A stretch of 32,876 nucleotides of DNA, taken from a virus (taxonomy: Duplodnaviria > Caudoviricetes). The stretch lies in the IMG/VR virus record IMGVR_UViG_3300033067_002249, positions 1 through 32,876 of that record; one strand, written 5' to 3'. Below, piece by piece: positions 6,208 to 13,819 of this stretch. The notes under the pieces were generated by a model. The model saw nothing but the letters and a program-made list of their open reading frames with translations, was not told the origin of the DNA and did not search any database. A program made the translations under genes and the position numbers. Each line of letters begins with the position of its first letter. Position 1 is the first letter of the stretch.

Positions 6208-6462
6208 ATGGACGGATCAGCAAAGCTCAAGGCATGGCGGAAATCCCGCGAGATCACACTCACCAAAGCAGCCCAAAGCGTGGCGGTCAGCCACTCGCTC
6301 TGGAGCGAATGGGAGAACGGCACGCGCAAGCCGACGTACGAGGGCGCGCTCAAGATCGAGAAGCTCAGCGAAGGCGAGGTTCCCCTTGAATCGTGGGGGT
6401 ATGACGCTGCTGCTGCTGTCGACGTGGCACGCCAGCGCGCCACGAACGAGGCCGCGTCGTGA
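6208..6462 (+). CDS. Cro-like XRE HTH protein
   Basis: LKAWRKSREITLTKAAQSVAVSHSLWSEWENGTRKP...ALKIEKLSEGEVPLESW. Confidence 0.85.
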   Translation: MDGSAKLKAWRKSREITLTKAAQSVAVSHSLWSEWENGTRKPTYEGALKIEKLSEGEVPLESWGYDAAAAVDVARQRATNEAAS

Positions 6463-6848
6463 GCGTCACCGAGACAGACCCGCTCGCGATCACGCGGGCG
6501 AACCTTTCCACCGTGCTTCTTCTGCTCGAGCACCTGCGCCACCACGACCGCGTCAGCGCAGACGGTGCCATGGGTGCGACCCGCGCGGCACTCCAGGACC
6601 TTGGCGGCCCCATCGCAGTGGCCGTGCATGTCCCTTCGCTGCACTGTTTGCCGCTCGCTCGCCACGTCGCCGGCTGTCTCGTGACGGCTGCTGGAGCGCT
6701 CCTGCAGGTCAAGCCCCACCAGATTGAAGGGATTCTGGCCGACGCACACCACGCGCTTCGTGAGGCCATCCAACACCACCTTGCCTTGCTGGTCGTGATC
6801 GAGGCCAATGACGATGGCGACGCAATCGCCGCGAAAGCGCAGGCGTGA
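6459..6848 (+). CDS. Hypothetical protein, 129 aa
   Basis: GTGA-coupled to cro; GAGG RBS. Confidence 0.7.
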   Translation: MSVTETDPLAITRANLSTVLLLLEHLRHHDRVSADGAMGATRAALQDLGGPIAVAVHVPSLHCLPLARHVAGCLVTAAGALLQVKPHQIEGILADAHHALREAIQHHLALLVVIEANDDGDAIAAKAQA

Positions 6849-7031
6849 ATGGACCGCGCCGCTGAGATCAACCGCGCACTTCGCGCGCTCCTCGAGTCTC
6901 TCTCGCTGGCCTCCGACGGGTCGCGACAAGACGTGATTGCGGCTGTGCGCAAGGCCGCCGTCAGTGCTGGTGTTGGGTTCGTCCACACGCCCACTGTCAC
7001 CACGCCGCGCGAAGGGAGCGAGTCACAATGA
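6849..7031 (+). CDS. Hypothetical protein, 60 aa
   Basis: Abuts or overlaps both neighbours. Confidence 0.6.
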   Translation: MDRAAEINRALRALLESLSLASDGSRQDVIAAVRKAAVSAGVGFVHTPTVTTPREGSESQ

Positions 7032-7489
7032 CGCTTCGCTCTGTGACCTTCGACAAACGCGGCGCCCGTGCCGCTGAGAAAGACGCCCTTCGTCGTGCCT
7101 GTGAGCTGACAGGAATCTCGCTCGAACGCGTGGCTCAAGTCCTTGGAGAGAAACCTGACCTCGTGCGCGCGTGGGCCTCTCCAGCGCGTGACAGCCACTC
7201 GCTGCCAACATGGGCATGGCGTCGCCTAGTGGTGGCTCTCCCGAGCCTTGCGGGGACCATGGAGCGGCTGCTGTCGATCGACACACCAACCTCACTCGAC
7301 GATGCGGCCGTGGTCGCTCTTGTGCGTGCACACGCTGAGTGTGTCGCCACGATCGCCACGATCGCCACGCCCGCACGACACACCCACGAGGGGGCAAGGA
7401 CTGCACTCGCCGCAATCGCTCGCCTCGACGGCCTGCACAGTGGCGTGTGCGCGGCACTTCAACTCACGAACTTCGCGAGGGCAGCATGA
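7028..7489 (+). CDS. HTH protein, possibly a CII-like regulator
   Basis: ALRRACELTGISLERVAQVLGEKPDLVRAWASP is HTH-like; position downstream of cro. Confidence 0.5.
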   Translation: MTLRSVTFDKRGARAAEKDALRRACELTGISLERVAQVLGEKPDLVRAWASPARDSHSLPTWAWRRLVVALPSLAGTMERLLSIDTPTSLDDAAVVALVRAHAECVATIATIATPARHTHEGARTALAAIARLDGLHSGVCAALQLTNFARAA

Positions 7490-7671
7490 ACGCATCCCGG
7501 CCTTTTGCTGGTGGCCTTGCCACTCCCGTGCGTGGAGAGAGTCTCGACCGCAACCACCGCAAGGTGCTCGAGGAGCTTCGACGCCTTGCGCGCGAACAAC
7601 ACGAGCACGCGGTTCTTGACCTTGAGCACGGCGACCGCGACCGCGACCGCGAGGACGAAGACCAATGGTGA
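7486..7671 (+). CDS. Hypothetical protein, 61 aa
   Basis: ATGA-coupled; GAGGG RBS. Confidence 0.6.
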   Translation: MNASRPFAGGLATPVRGESLDRNHRKVLEELRRLAREQHEHAVLDLEHGDRDRDREDEDQW

Positions 7672-8705
7672 CAGGGTTTCGTGCGCCATTCCCTTTCGCG
7701 GGTGGGAAGTCGCGGGCCGCGCATCTCGTGTGGCAAGCGCTGGGCAACCCGCGCGTTTATGTCGAGCCGTTTGCAGGCTCGCTTGCAACGCTTCTCGCAC
7801 GTCCAGATGCACCCGCAATCGAAACGGTGAACGACCGTGACGGACTCATCGCGAATGTGTGGCGGGCGATCGATCGCAAACCGCTCGAGGTCGCGCGACA
7901 CGCGAATCACCCGATCTCTGAAGTGGACTTGCACGCGTGGCACAACACGCTTGTTCGTGCTGCGCGTGACGGCAAACTCGCAGCACGTCTTGAGCGCAAC
8001 CCACGATGGTGCAGCCCAGAGCTCGCGGGCCGTTGGATTTGGGGGGCGTCGCAATGGATCGGCGGTGGATGGTGTGCTGACCGTTCGAAGCCACACCGAG
8101 GACACCCAGCGATCTCTCACGCGAGCCATGGCGTGCACAGCAACGCGGCGCATTTGCCGCGCAAGATCCCGCTGCTTTCGAGCGCCGGGACAGGGGTGCA
8201 ACGTCGAACTCTCCCCGACGTGTGCGCACTCGGTGGGAAGGGCGTGCACGGGGCGCTTGTGGATCTGTCCTCGCTCGACGTGTGGTTCCTCGCGCTGAGT
8301 GAGCGTCTTCGTCGCGTGCGTATTGTGTGCGGCGACTTTGAGCGTGTGTTGAGTGAGAGCGCTCTTTATTGCGAGGGGTCATCCGTCGCGGGTGTGTTTT
8401 TGGATCCACCGTACTCGCATGACAAGCGAGACCCGGATCTCTACGCGCATGACGACGGAACCGCGTCACGCCGCGCGCGCGAATGGGCGCTTGCGAACGG
8501 CGACAACCCTGCGCGCAGAATCGTTCTCGCTGGACTCGAGGGAGAGCACGAGATGCCTGCGTCGTGGCGCTGCGTCGCGTGGAAGGGCGCTCCTGGCCTT
8601 GGGCGTGTGAGTGGCAATCGACACCGCGAACGTCTCTGGATGAGTCCCGCGTGCCTCCGCGTGGGCGAGCAGCAAGGGCTCTTTGACCGTGTGGAGGCGT
8701 CGTGA
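7665..8705 (+). CDS. DNA N6-adenine methyltransferase (D12/Dam class)
   Basis: PFPFAGGKS, YVEPFAGS, ETVNDRD and VFLDPPY motifs. Confidence 0.9.
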   Translation: MVTGFRAPFPFAGGKSRAAHLVWQALGNPRVYVEPFAGSLATLLARPDAPAIETVNDRDGLIANVWRAIDRKPLEVARHANHPISEVDLHAWHNTLVRAARDGKLAARLERNPRWCSPELAGRWIWGASQWIGGGWCADRSKPHRGHPAISHASHGVHSNAAHLPRKIPLLSSAGTGVQRRTLPDVCALGGKGVHGALVDLSSLDVWFLALSERLRRVRIVCGDFERVLSESALYCEGSSVAGVFLDPPYSHDKRDPDLYAHDDGTASRRAREWALANGDNPARRIVLAGLEGEHEMPASWRCVAWKGAPGLGRVSGNRHRERLWMSPACLRVGEQQGLFDRVEAS

Positions 8706-9328
8706 AAATCGCTGCTCTCTTCGTCCAGCACAACGGTTGTTATTTCGGTTTGCCCAACGTCGACCCATGGGACAAGCCGCGCGACGCGCGGCTGTATCTC
8801 GGGCCGTATCCCGTCGTTGCACATCCACCGTGCGAGCGTTGGGGACGTTATGCCGCGGACGCAATCGGTGCGAAGCGCTGGAACCGTCCGCGCAAGATCG
8901 TCGGTGACGACGGTGGGTGTTTCGCTCACGCGTTGTGGAGTGTGCGGTCGTTCGGTGGGGTGCTCGAGCATCCTTGCGACTCCAAAGCGTGGCGTCAGCA
9001 TGGACTGCTCACACCTCCACGGTGGGGCGGATGGGTCAACGCTGGCGATGGCGTGGGCTGGACGTGCTGCGTGGAGCAAGGGCACTTCGGACACCGCGCG
9101 CGCAAGGCCACCTGGCTTTATGCCGTGGGGGTCGACCTGCCATCGCTCCCGTGGGGGCCGAGCAGCGCAACCGCTTTTGCAACGTGCCCACCCGACACAC
9201 ACGCACAACGAGCGGCTGGAATCGTCGAGGTTCTTTCGCGACGTGAACGCGCGGCGACCCCAGCACCGTTCCGCGACTTGTTGATTGGCCTCGCACAAAG
9301 CGCAACGCGCAAGGCGAAGGTGGCGTGA
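8702..9328 (+). CDS. Divergent phage DNA cytosine methyltransferase-like protein
   Basis: IAALFV start, VVAHPPC (motif IV-like), VLEHP (ENV-like), QGHFGHRARKATWL, and C-terminal RAATPAPF. Confidence 0.7.
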   Translation: MKIAALFVQHNGCYFGLPNVDPWDKPRDARLYLGPYPVVAHPPCERWGRYAADAIGAKRWNRPRKIVGDDGGCFAHALWSVRSFGGVLEHPCDSKAWRQHGLLTPPRWGGWVNAGDGVGWTCCVEQGHFGHRARKATWLYAVGVDLPSLPWGPSSATAFATCPPDTHAQRAAGIVEVLSRRERAATPAPFRDLLIGLAQSATRKAKVA

Positions 9329-10434
9329 TGCAGTGGCTGAAACTCCATCTCTCACTCGCGCGTTCGCCAGCGCTGTTGACCGTCTCCCTCGCGGCGCGTG
9401 GTGCGTTCTTTCAACTTTTCCTCGCGGCAAACGACGAGGGACAAATCGCCGTTCCGCGTGGTGCGACTCACGAGGATGTTGCACGCGCGTTGCTGCATGA
9501 TCCATCCGACGAAACGGCTCCAACGCGCACACTGCACGAACTCACGACACGCGGTCTCGTTGTCGAAACCGACGACGCGCTTGTGGTTCCCTCGCGGCTC
9601 GGGATTGACCGTGAAGGTCGCGCAGTCGGTGGCGTTGGCTCGCGCGGCGGTCGAAGTGCGGCAGAGCGCAAGCGCGACTCGCGTGCGAAGCGTGTCACGA
9701 AACAACGTGACGCCAATCGTGACATGTCACGTGACGCGGTCACGATTGGTCACGAAATGTCACGTGACAATCGTGACATCAATCGTGACATCCCTCCCTC
9801 ATCTCCCCAGGTTTCTCCTCTCTCTCTCACTCTCTCTTCTCTTCCTTCCCCTCTTTCTCCCTCTCTTTCAGCAGCAGAGACAGCAAACGCGAGCGTGACA
9901 GGGAGCGTGACCGAGCGTGACATGTCACGAAACAACGTGACGCCAATCGTGACACGGTCACGAAACGATCGTGACATCGTGACAGGACAAGTCACCCTGA
10001 GTGACGGCTCGGACATCTTCGCAGCGCTTGCAGCAATCGAACAAGGGAGCGGGGGACGCTTCTCGGGAAGAGCGAGCGGGGAACAGCACCACCGCCTGCT
10101 GACGCTGCTCGTGGAACAGAAAGCGACGATTGCAGAGTGCCGCGCCCTCGGTGCCGTGATGGCTTCACCGCCCCCAGGGATCAAGATCTCTGGCGCGTGG
10201 ACTGTCACGGTGCTCCTTGGAAAGCCAGACAGCAGCGGTCACCGCGACGGCGGGATGCTCCGCTCACTGCTCGCAGAGGTCGATGCGCGGCGCGCGAGCA
10301 AGTCACGAAACGATCGTGACATGTCACGTGACTCGGTCACGAAAAGTCACGCCACGCCACGTCTCGCAAAGGTCGAACGCCCGGCCTTCCTCAACGACCC
10401 CACACCACCACCAAACGCAACAGAGGAATCGTGA
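9325..10434 (+). CDS. Phage replication initiator (lambda O-like position)
   Basis: QWLKLH...LSLAARG-type N-terminus with wHTH-like LHELTTRGLV; AAERKRDSR; internal DNA repeats; upstream of the helicase. Confidence 0.75.
   Translation: MMQWLKLHLSLARSPALLTVSLAARGAFFQLFLAANDEGQIAVPRGATHEDVARALLHDPSDETAPTRTLHELTTRGLVVETDDALVVPSRLGIDREGRAVGGVGSRGGRSAAERKRDSRAKRVTKQRDANRDMSRDAVTIGHEMSRDNRDINRDIPPSSPQVSPLSLTLSSLPSPLSPSLSAAETANASVTGSVTERDMSRNNVTPIVTRSRNDRDIVTGQVTLSDGSDIFAALAAIEQGSGGRFSGRASGEQHHRLLTLLVEQKATIAECRALGAVMASPPPGIKISGAWTVTVLLGKPDSSGHRDGGMLRSLLAEVDARRASKSRNDRDMSRDSVTKSHATPRLAKVERPAFLNDPTPPPNATEES
9691..10351. repeat. Iteron cluster, putative replication origin
   Basis: Dense GTCACG/CGTGAC motifs; 32-bp direct repeat at 9693-9724 and 9923-9954; 21-bp repeat at 9957-9977 and 10302-10322; pyrimidine tract at 9791-9869. 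Confidence 0.75.
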
Positions 10435-11804
10435 AACACAACGAAGACGAAACGCCGTGGTCGAACCACAATCTTGAGCGCGAAGTGCTCGGTGCAGCGA
10501 TCCTTGACCGCTCGTGCGGCGTGCTCGCGAAGGCAGCGGGTGTGACGGTTGATTCCTTCACACGGCCGCAACACCGCGTGCTGTGGAAGGCAGTCGAGAC
10601 GCTTCTCTCACGCGGTGACGTGATCGACGCCGTGAGTGTCGAGCAAGCCGTGCGCGCAGCGGGTGACGGCTCCGTTGCGAGCCTCGTCGACGTGCTCGAG
10701 ATCACCAACTGCCTGCCGACCTTGCTGCACTCGGAACGCCACGCGACCGAGCTCGTGCGACTCCACACAGCGAGGCGCACGTGGCACGCAGTGCGAGGTC
10801 TCGCAGCGATCTGCGACGGAGATCCCGAAGGCTTCCGAAAGCGGGCGCTGCAGGAGCTGCAAACAGCCACACGGTCGTCTGCATCGAAGCGTGCGGTGCC
10901 ACTCCGCGAAGGTGTCGCGCAATGGTGGCGCGACTTCGATGCAGACGGCGATGAGTCCACGTCAACACCCCGTCGCGCACGGTTCGCGCTGCCGTCGCTC
11001 GACAGTGTGCTGGGTGACGGTCGTGGCCTTGTGCCAGGGTGCCTTTACGTGATCGCGGCGAGGCCAGCCATGGGCAAAACCTCGCTCGCGCAAGCGGCAC
11101 TTCTCGCCACTGCACAGAACGGTGGGCGTGCCCTGTTCTTCTCGCTGGAGATGCAAACAGCCGAGCTCGTGACTCGCCTCTTGTCGATGCTCACGCTCGT
11201 GGATTCGCGTTCGATCTTGCGCAGGGAGTTCGACTCGACGACGAGCGCTGACCTTGCGCGAGCGAGCGAACAATTGCACCGTTTGCAAGTCGAGATCGAC
11301 GACGAAGCTGGCCTCGCAATCTCAGAGATTCGTGCACGCACCCTGCTCGCACGAGCGAGTGGGCCGCTCGACTTGATCGTAGTGGACCACCTGCAGATCA
11401 CAGCGCCAGAGGGGCGTGCAGCGAGCGAGAACGAGACCGTCCATCTCAGTGCTGTGACGGGCGCGCTGAAACGTCTCGCAAAGGAAGTCGGATGCCCGGT
11501 CGTTGCGCTCTCGCAACTCAACCGAGAGGTCGACAAACGACCGAACAAACGACCACAAGCCAGCGACCTGCGCGGGTCAGGATCGATCGAGCAGGACGCT
11601 GACGTCGTGATGTTTCTCTACCGTGACGAGGTCTACAACGCCGACAGCGAAGACCGCGGCATTGCGGAGGTTCGGATCGCGAAACAACGTGGTGGCGCAA
11701 CCCCCACAGTCAAGCTCCGCTGGCATGGACCGACGACGAGCTTTCACACGATCGAAGCGGATGAAGAGAACGATGGGCGCTTTTACTACGCAGGGGCGAA
11801 TTGA
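10431..11804 (+). CDS. dnaB: Replicative DNA helicase, DnaB family
   Basis: AARPAMGKTS, FFSLEM, IVVDHLQ, ALSQLNR, DLRGSGSIEQDADVV, IAKQRGG. Confidence 0.95.
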   Translation: MKHNEDETPWSNHNLEREVLGAAILDRSCGVLAKAAGVTVDSFTRPQHRVLWKAVETLLSRGDVIDAVSVEQAVRAAGDGSVASLVDVLEITNCLPTLLHSERHATELVRLHTARRTWHAVRGLAAICDGDPEGFRKRALQELQTATRSSASKRAVPLREGVAQWWRDFDADGDESTSTPRRARFALPSLDSVLGDGRGLVPGCLYVIAARPAMGKTSLAQAALLATAQNGGRALFFSLEMQTAELVTRLLSMLTLVDSRSILRREFDSTTSADLARASEQLHRLQVEIDDEAGLAISEIRARTLLARASGPLDLIVVDHLQITAPEGRAASENETVHLSAVTGALKRLAKEVGCPVVALSQLNREVDKRPNKRPQASDLRGSGSIEQDADVVMFLYRDEVYNADSEDRGIAEVRIAKQRGGATPTVKLRWHGPTTSFHTIEADEENDGRFYYAGAN

Positions 11805-12340
11805 TGATGGCGAAGCAGAACGCGCAACGCAAAGCCTCGATCGGTGGTCGTGACTCTGAGACTTGGTGGGGTGAGTGTCACAAGGCGTGCCTCGACGCTG
11901 GAATCGCCTATCTACACAAAGTCCAGGTGCCTTACCGAGTCGTCGGCGTGACAGCCGAAGGCCAGGTGATTCGCCATTCCGAGAAGACCGGCAGCGACTT
12001 CGAGGGCGTGCTCCTCGACGGCACGCGCCGCCGCGTATTCGCCGAATCGAAGTCCTCGAGTGAGGACGTGATCCGGCTTGGAAGCACGCACGGGGGGTTG
12101 CGGCCAAAGCAACTAGAACGACTGCGCACGGCGCACGAACAAGGCCACGTTGCCATCGTCCTCGTGCGGTTCCGCGCGATCGATCGCGCCTTCGCGATCC
12201 CGTGGGAACACTGCGAAGACGGGGCGCTCGCGTGCCGAGTGAGATCGCTCAGAGGCGAGTGGGAGGTGGACGCGCGGGAGCCTTACCTCGCGCGATGGAT
12301 TGCGACGCCAGCACAACCAACACAACGGAGGACAGCTTGA
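11801..12340 (+). CDS. recU: RecU-like Holliday junction resolvase
   Basis: HKVQVP...SDFEG...FAESKS...KQLERL...GHVAIVLVRF, a PD-(D/E)xK pattern of RecU type. Confidence 0.75.
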   Translation: MMMAKQNAQRKASIGGRDSETWWGECHKACLDAGIAYLHKVQVPYRVVGVTAEGQVIRHSEKTGSDFEGVLLDGTRRRVFAESKSSSEDVIRLGSTHGGLRPKQLERLRTAHEQGHVAIVLVRFRAIDRAFAIPWEHCEDGALACRVRSLRGEWEVDAREPYLARWIATPAQPTQRRTA

Positions 12341-12960
12341 AAACGTGTACACAACCAGGATGCAACCGGCCACACAACGCAAAGGGGCTGTGCCGCGCCC
12401 ACTACCAACGCCTTCGATCTGGCGTCGACCTCGCAAAGCCCTTTGAGAAGCGTGAAAAGGGAGCGTGGCGTGGATGTGCCTACGATGGATGCACCTCGCG
12501 ACGGTTCGCGCGTGGCCACTGCCGACTCCACTACAACCGGATGATCTTCGGGACGCCGCTCGACCGACCCAAGCAACACGGCGCACTCCCAAACGGCGGG
12601 ACATGCAACGAGCCTGGGTGCACCGAGACAGTGCGGTGCAAAGGCAAGTGCGCGCGCCACTACCAGCAGGGGCAGCGCCGCGGTGACTACGCCGCGAACG
12701 ACAACGCCATCAAGAGGGCGACTCCTCGCTTGTGCGAGATCCCAACGTGCACGAAGCGGCGGAAACACAAGGGGTTTTGTTATTCCCACTACCGCGCGTT
12801 CTCGTCGCCGCTCCCACAGCAACGGAGGTGCGAGGAGTGCCGACTGCACAGAGCACAGGTCGTCACGCTCGAAGAGGAAGCCTGGCTGTGCACGAAGTGC
12901 TTCGTTGAACTGAACACACCTGCACGAGCGAAGCCCAAGCGAAAGAAGGCGGCAGCATGA
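12337..12960 (+). CDS. Cys/His zinc-finger repeat protein
   Basis: TTG after GGAGGA; four C-x4-C...G.C..HY repeats plus a CxxC...CxxC; no HNH core seen. Confidence 0.75.
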   Translation: MKTCTQPGCNRPHNAKGLCRAHYQRLRSGVDLAKPFEKREKGAWRGCAYDGCTSRRFARGHCRLHYNRMIFGTPLDRPKQHGALPNGGTCNEPGCTETVRCKGKCARHYQQGQRRGDYAANDNAIKRATPRLCEIPTCTKRRKHKGFCYSHYRAFSSPLPQQRRCEECRLHRAQVVTLEEEAWLCTKCFVELNTPARAKPKRKKAAA

Positions 12961-13481
12961 TCGCAACCGAAACCCTCGACCCACGCTACGACCCCGATTC
13001 GCTCGCACAGGGACACCACACGAGGTCTGACCTGGTCTGGTACGGCGCTGCCCTCGCGCGTCTCGACCGAGGAATCGAAGGCGGCCCAACGGCACCCCGC
13101 TCGCTCCTGGGCACACTCCAAAGCAACGAGTCGAAGATCCGAACCGAAGGGTGGCTTGCACCGAGCGCCATCAAGCTCGCAGGAGACAGGGACCGCGCAC
13201 AGGCAATCGAGAGAGCGCTGGCGCGCGTGCTCAGGCAGTCAACGCAGTGGTACCGATTGCTGAGTGAGGTGTGGGTCAGACGTGGCGGCCAGTGCGGAGA
13301 GAAGGTCGACCCCCTCTACCTCGAAGTCGGGCTCGTGTGCTCAACAGCCGAGCAGCGTCTCTTGTGGACCTCGCGCAAGGGGCACGTGAGATTGTCCGTC
13401 GTGGTCGCCTGGGCACGTCGTGAGTTGCCACTTGCGAGCGAGTTTTACGACAAAACAAGGGATTCCGATTGTGGCGGATGA
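12957..13481 (+). CDS. Hypothetical protein (positional candidate for late-gene regulator)
   Basis: ATGA-coupled; last gene before the intergenic gap preceding the packaging genes. Confidence 0.6.
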   Translation: MIATETLDPRYDPDSLAQGHHTRSDLVWYGAALARLDRGIEGGPTAPRSLLGTLQSNESKIRTEGWLAPSAIKLAGDRDRAQAIERALARVLRQSTQWYRLLSEVWVRRGGQCGEKVDPLYLEVGLVCSTAEQRLLWTSRKGHVRLSVVVAWARRELPLASEFYDKTRDSDCGG

Positions 13482-13601
13482 TTCGGTTTCTTGCGGGACT
13501 TGCAAAGTGTCTATTCTTATGAAACCCTCCCAAACACTGAACGGTTGCCAGCGGTCGAATTGCGTCCTCGACGATCCCGCTGGAACCGATCACCCAACCC
13601 G

Positions 13602-13802
13602 ATGCCGTACGCAAGGCGCGCAGACCGAGTGACACTCACGGTGAGCGAAGCCGCACGCAAGCTCGGCGTGTCCGAGAACACGGTGCGACGACTGTGCGAC
13701 GAAGGCGCGATTGCGTCAGCTCGCACCCCTGCCGGGTACCGCGTGATCGATCCGGTGGCGCTCGAATCCTACGCGCAAGGTCAACCCACGTGTGCGGCGT
13801 GA
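13602..13802 (+). CDS. MerR/BldC/excisionase-type HTH protein
   Basis: LTVSEAARKLGVSENTVRRLCDEGAIASARTPAGYRVI; start codon uncertain. Confidence 0.8.
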   Translation: MPYARRADRVTLTVSEAARKLGVSENTVRRLCDEGAIASARTPAGYRVIDPVALESYAQGQPTCAA

Positions 13803-13819
13803 AAGTGAAACGGTAGTGC

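Noticed and set aside
7631-7652. GCGACC tandem repeat just upstream of the methyltransferase as a phase-variation tract
   Set aside because: Fewer than four units, unit length a multiple of 3, and it simply encodes DRDRDR.
8041-8046. G6 run in the adenine methyltransferase as an ON/OFF switch
   Set aside because: Too short and expected by chance at this GC content.
6149-9954. Resemblance between operator half-sites (TGTCGC/TGTCAC) and iterons (TGTCACG)
   Set aside because: Half-site spacing differs and the shared core is only 5-6 bp.
9691-9990. Possible CRISPR array
   Set aside because: Repeats are irregular, nested and inside a CDS, with no unique spacers of constant length and no cas genes.
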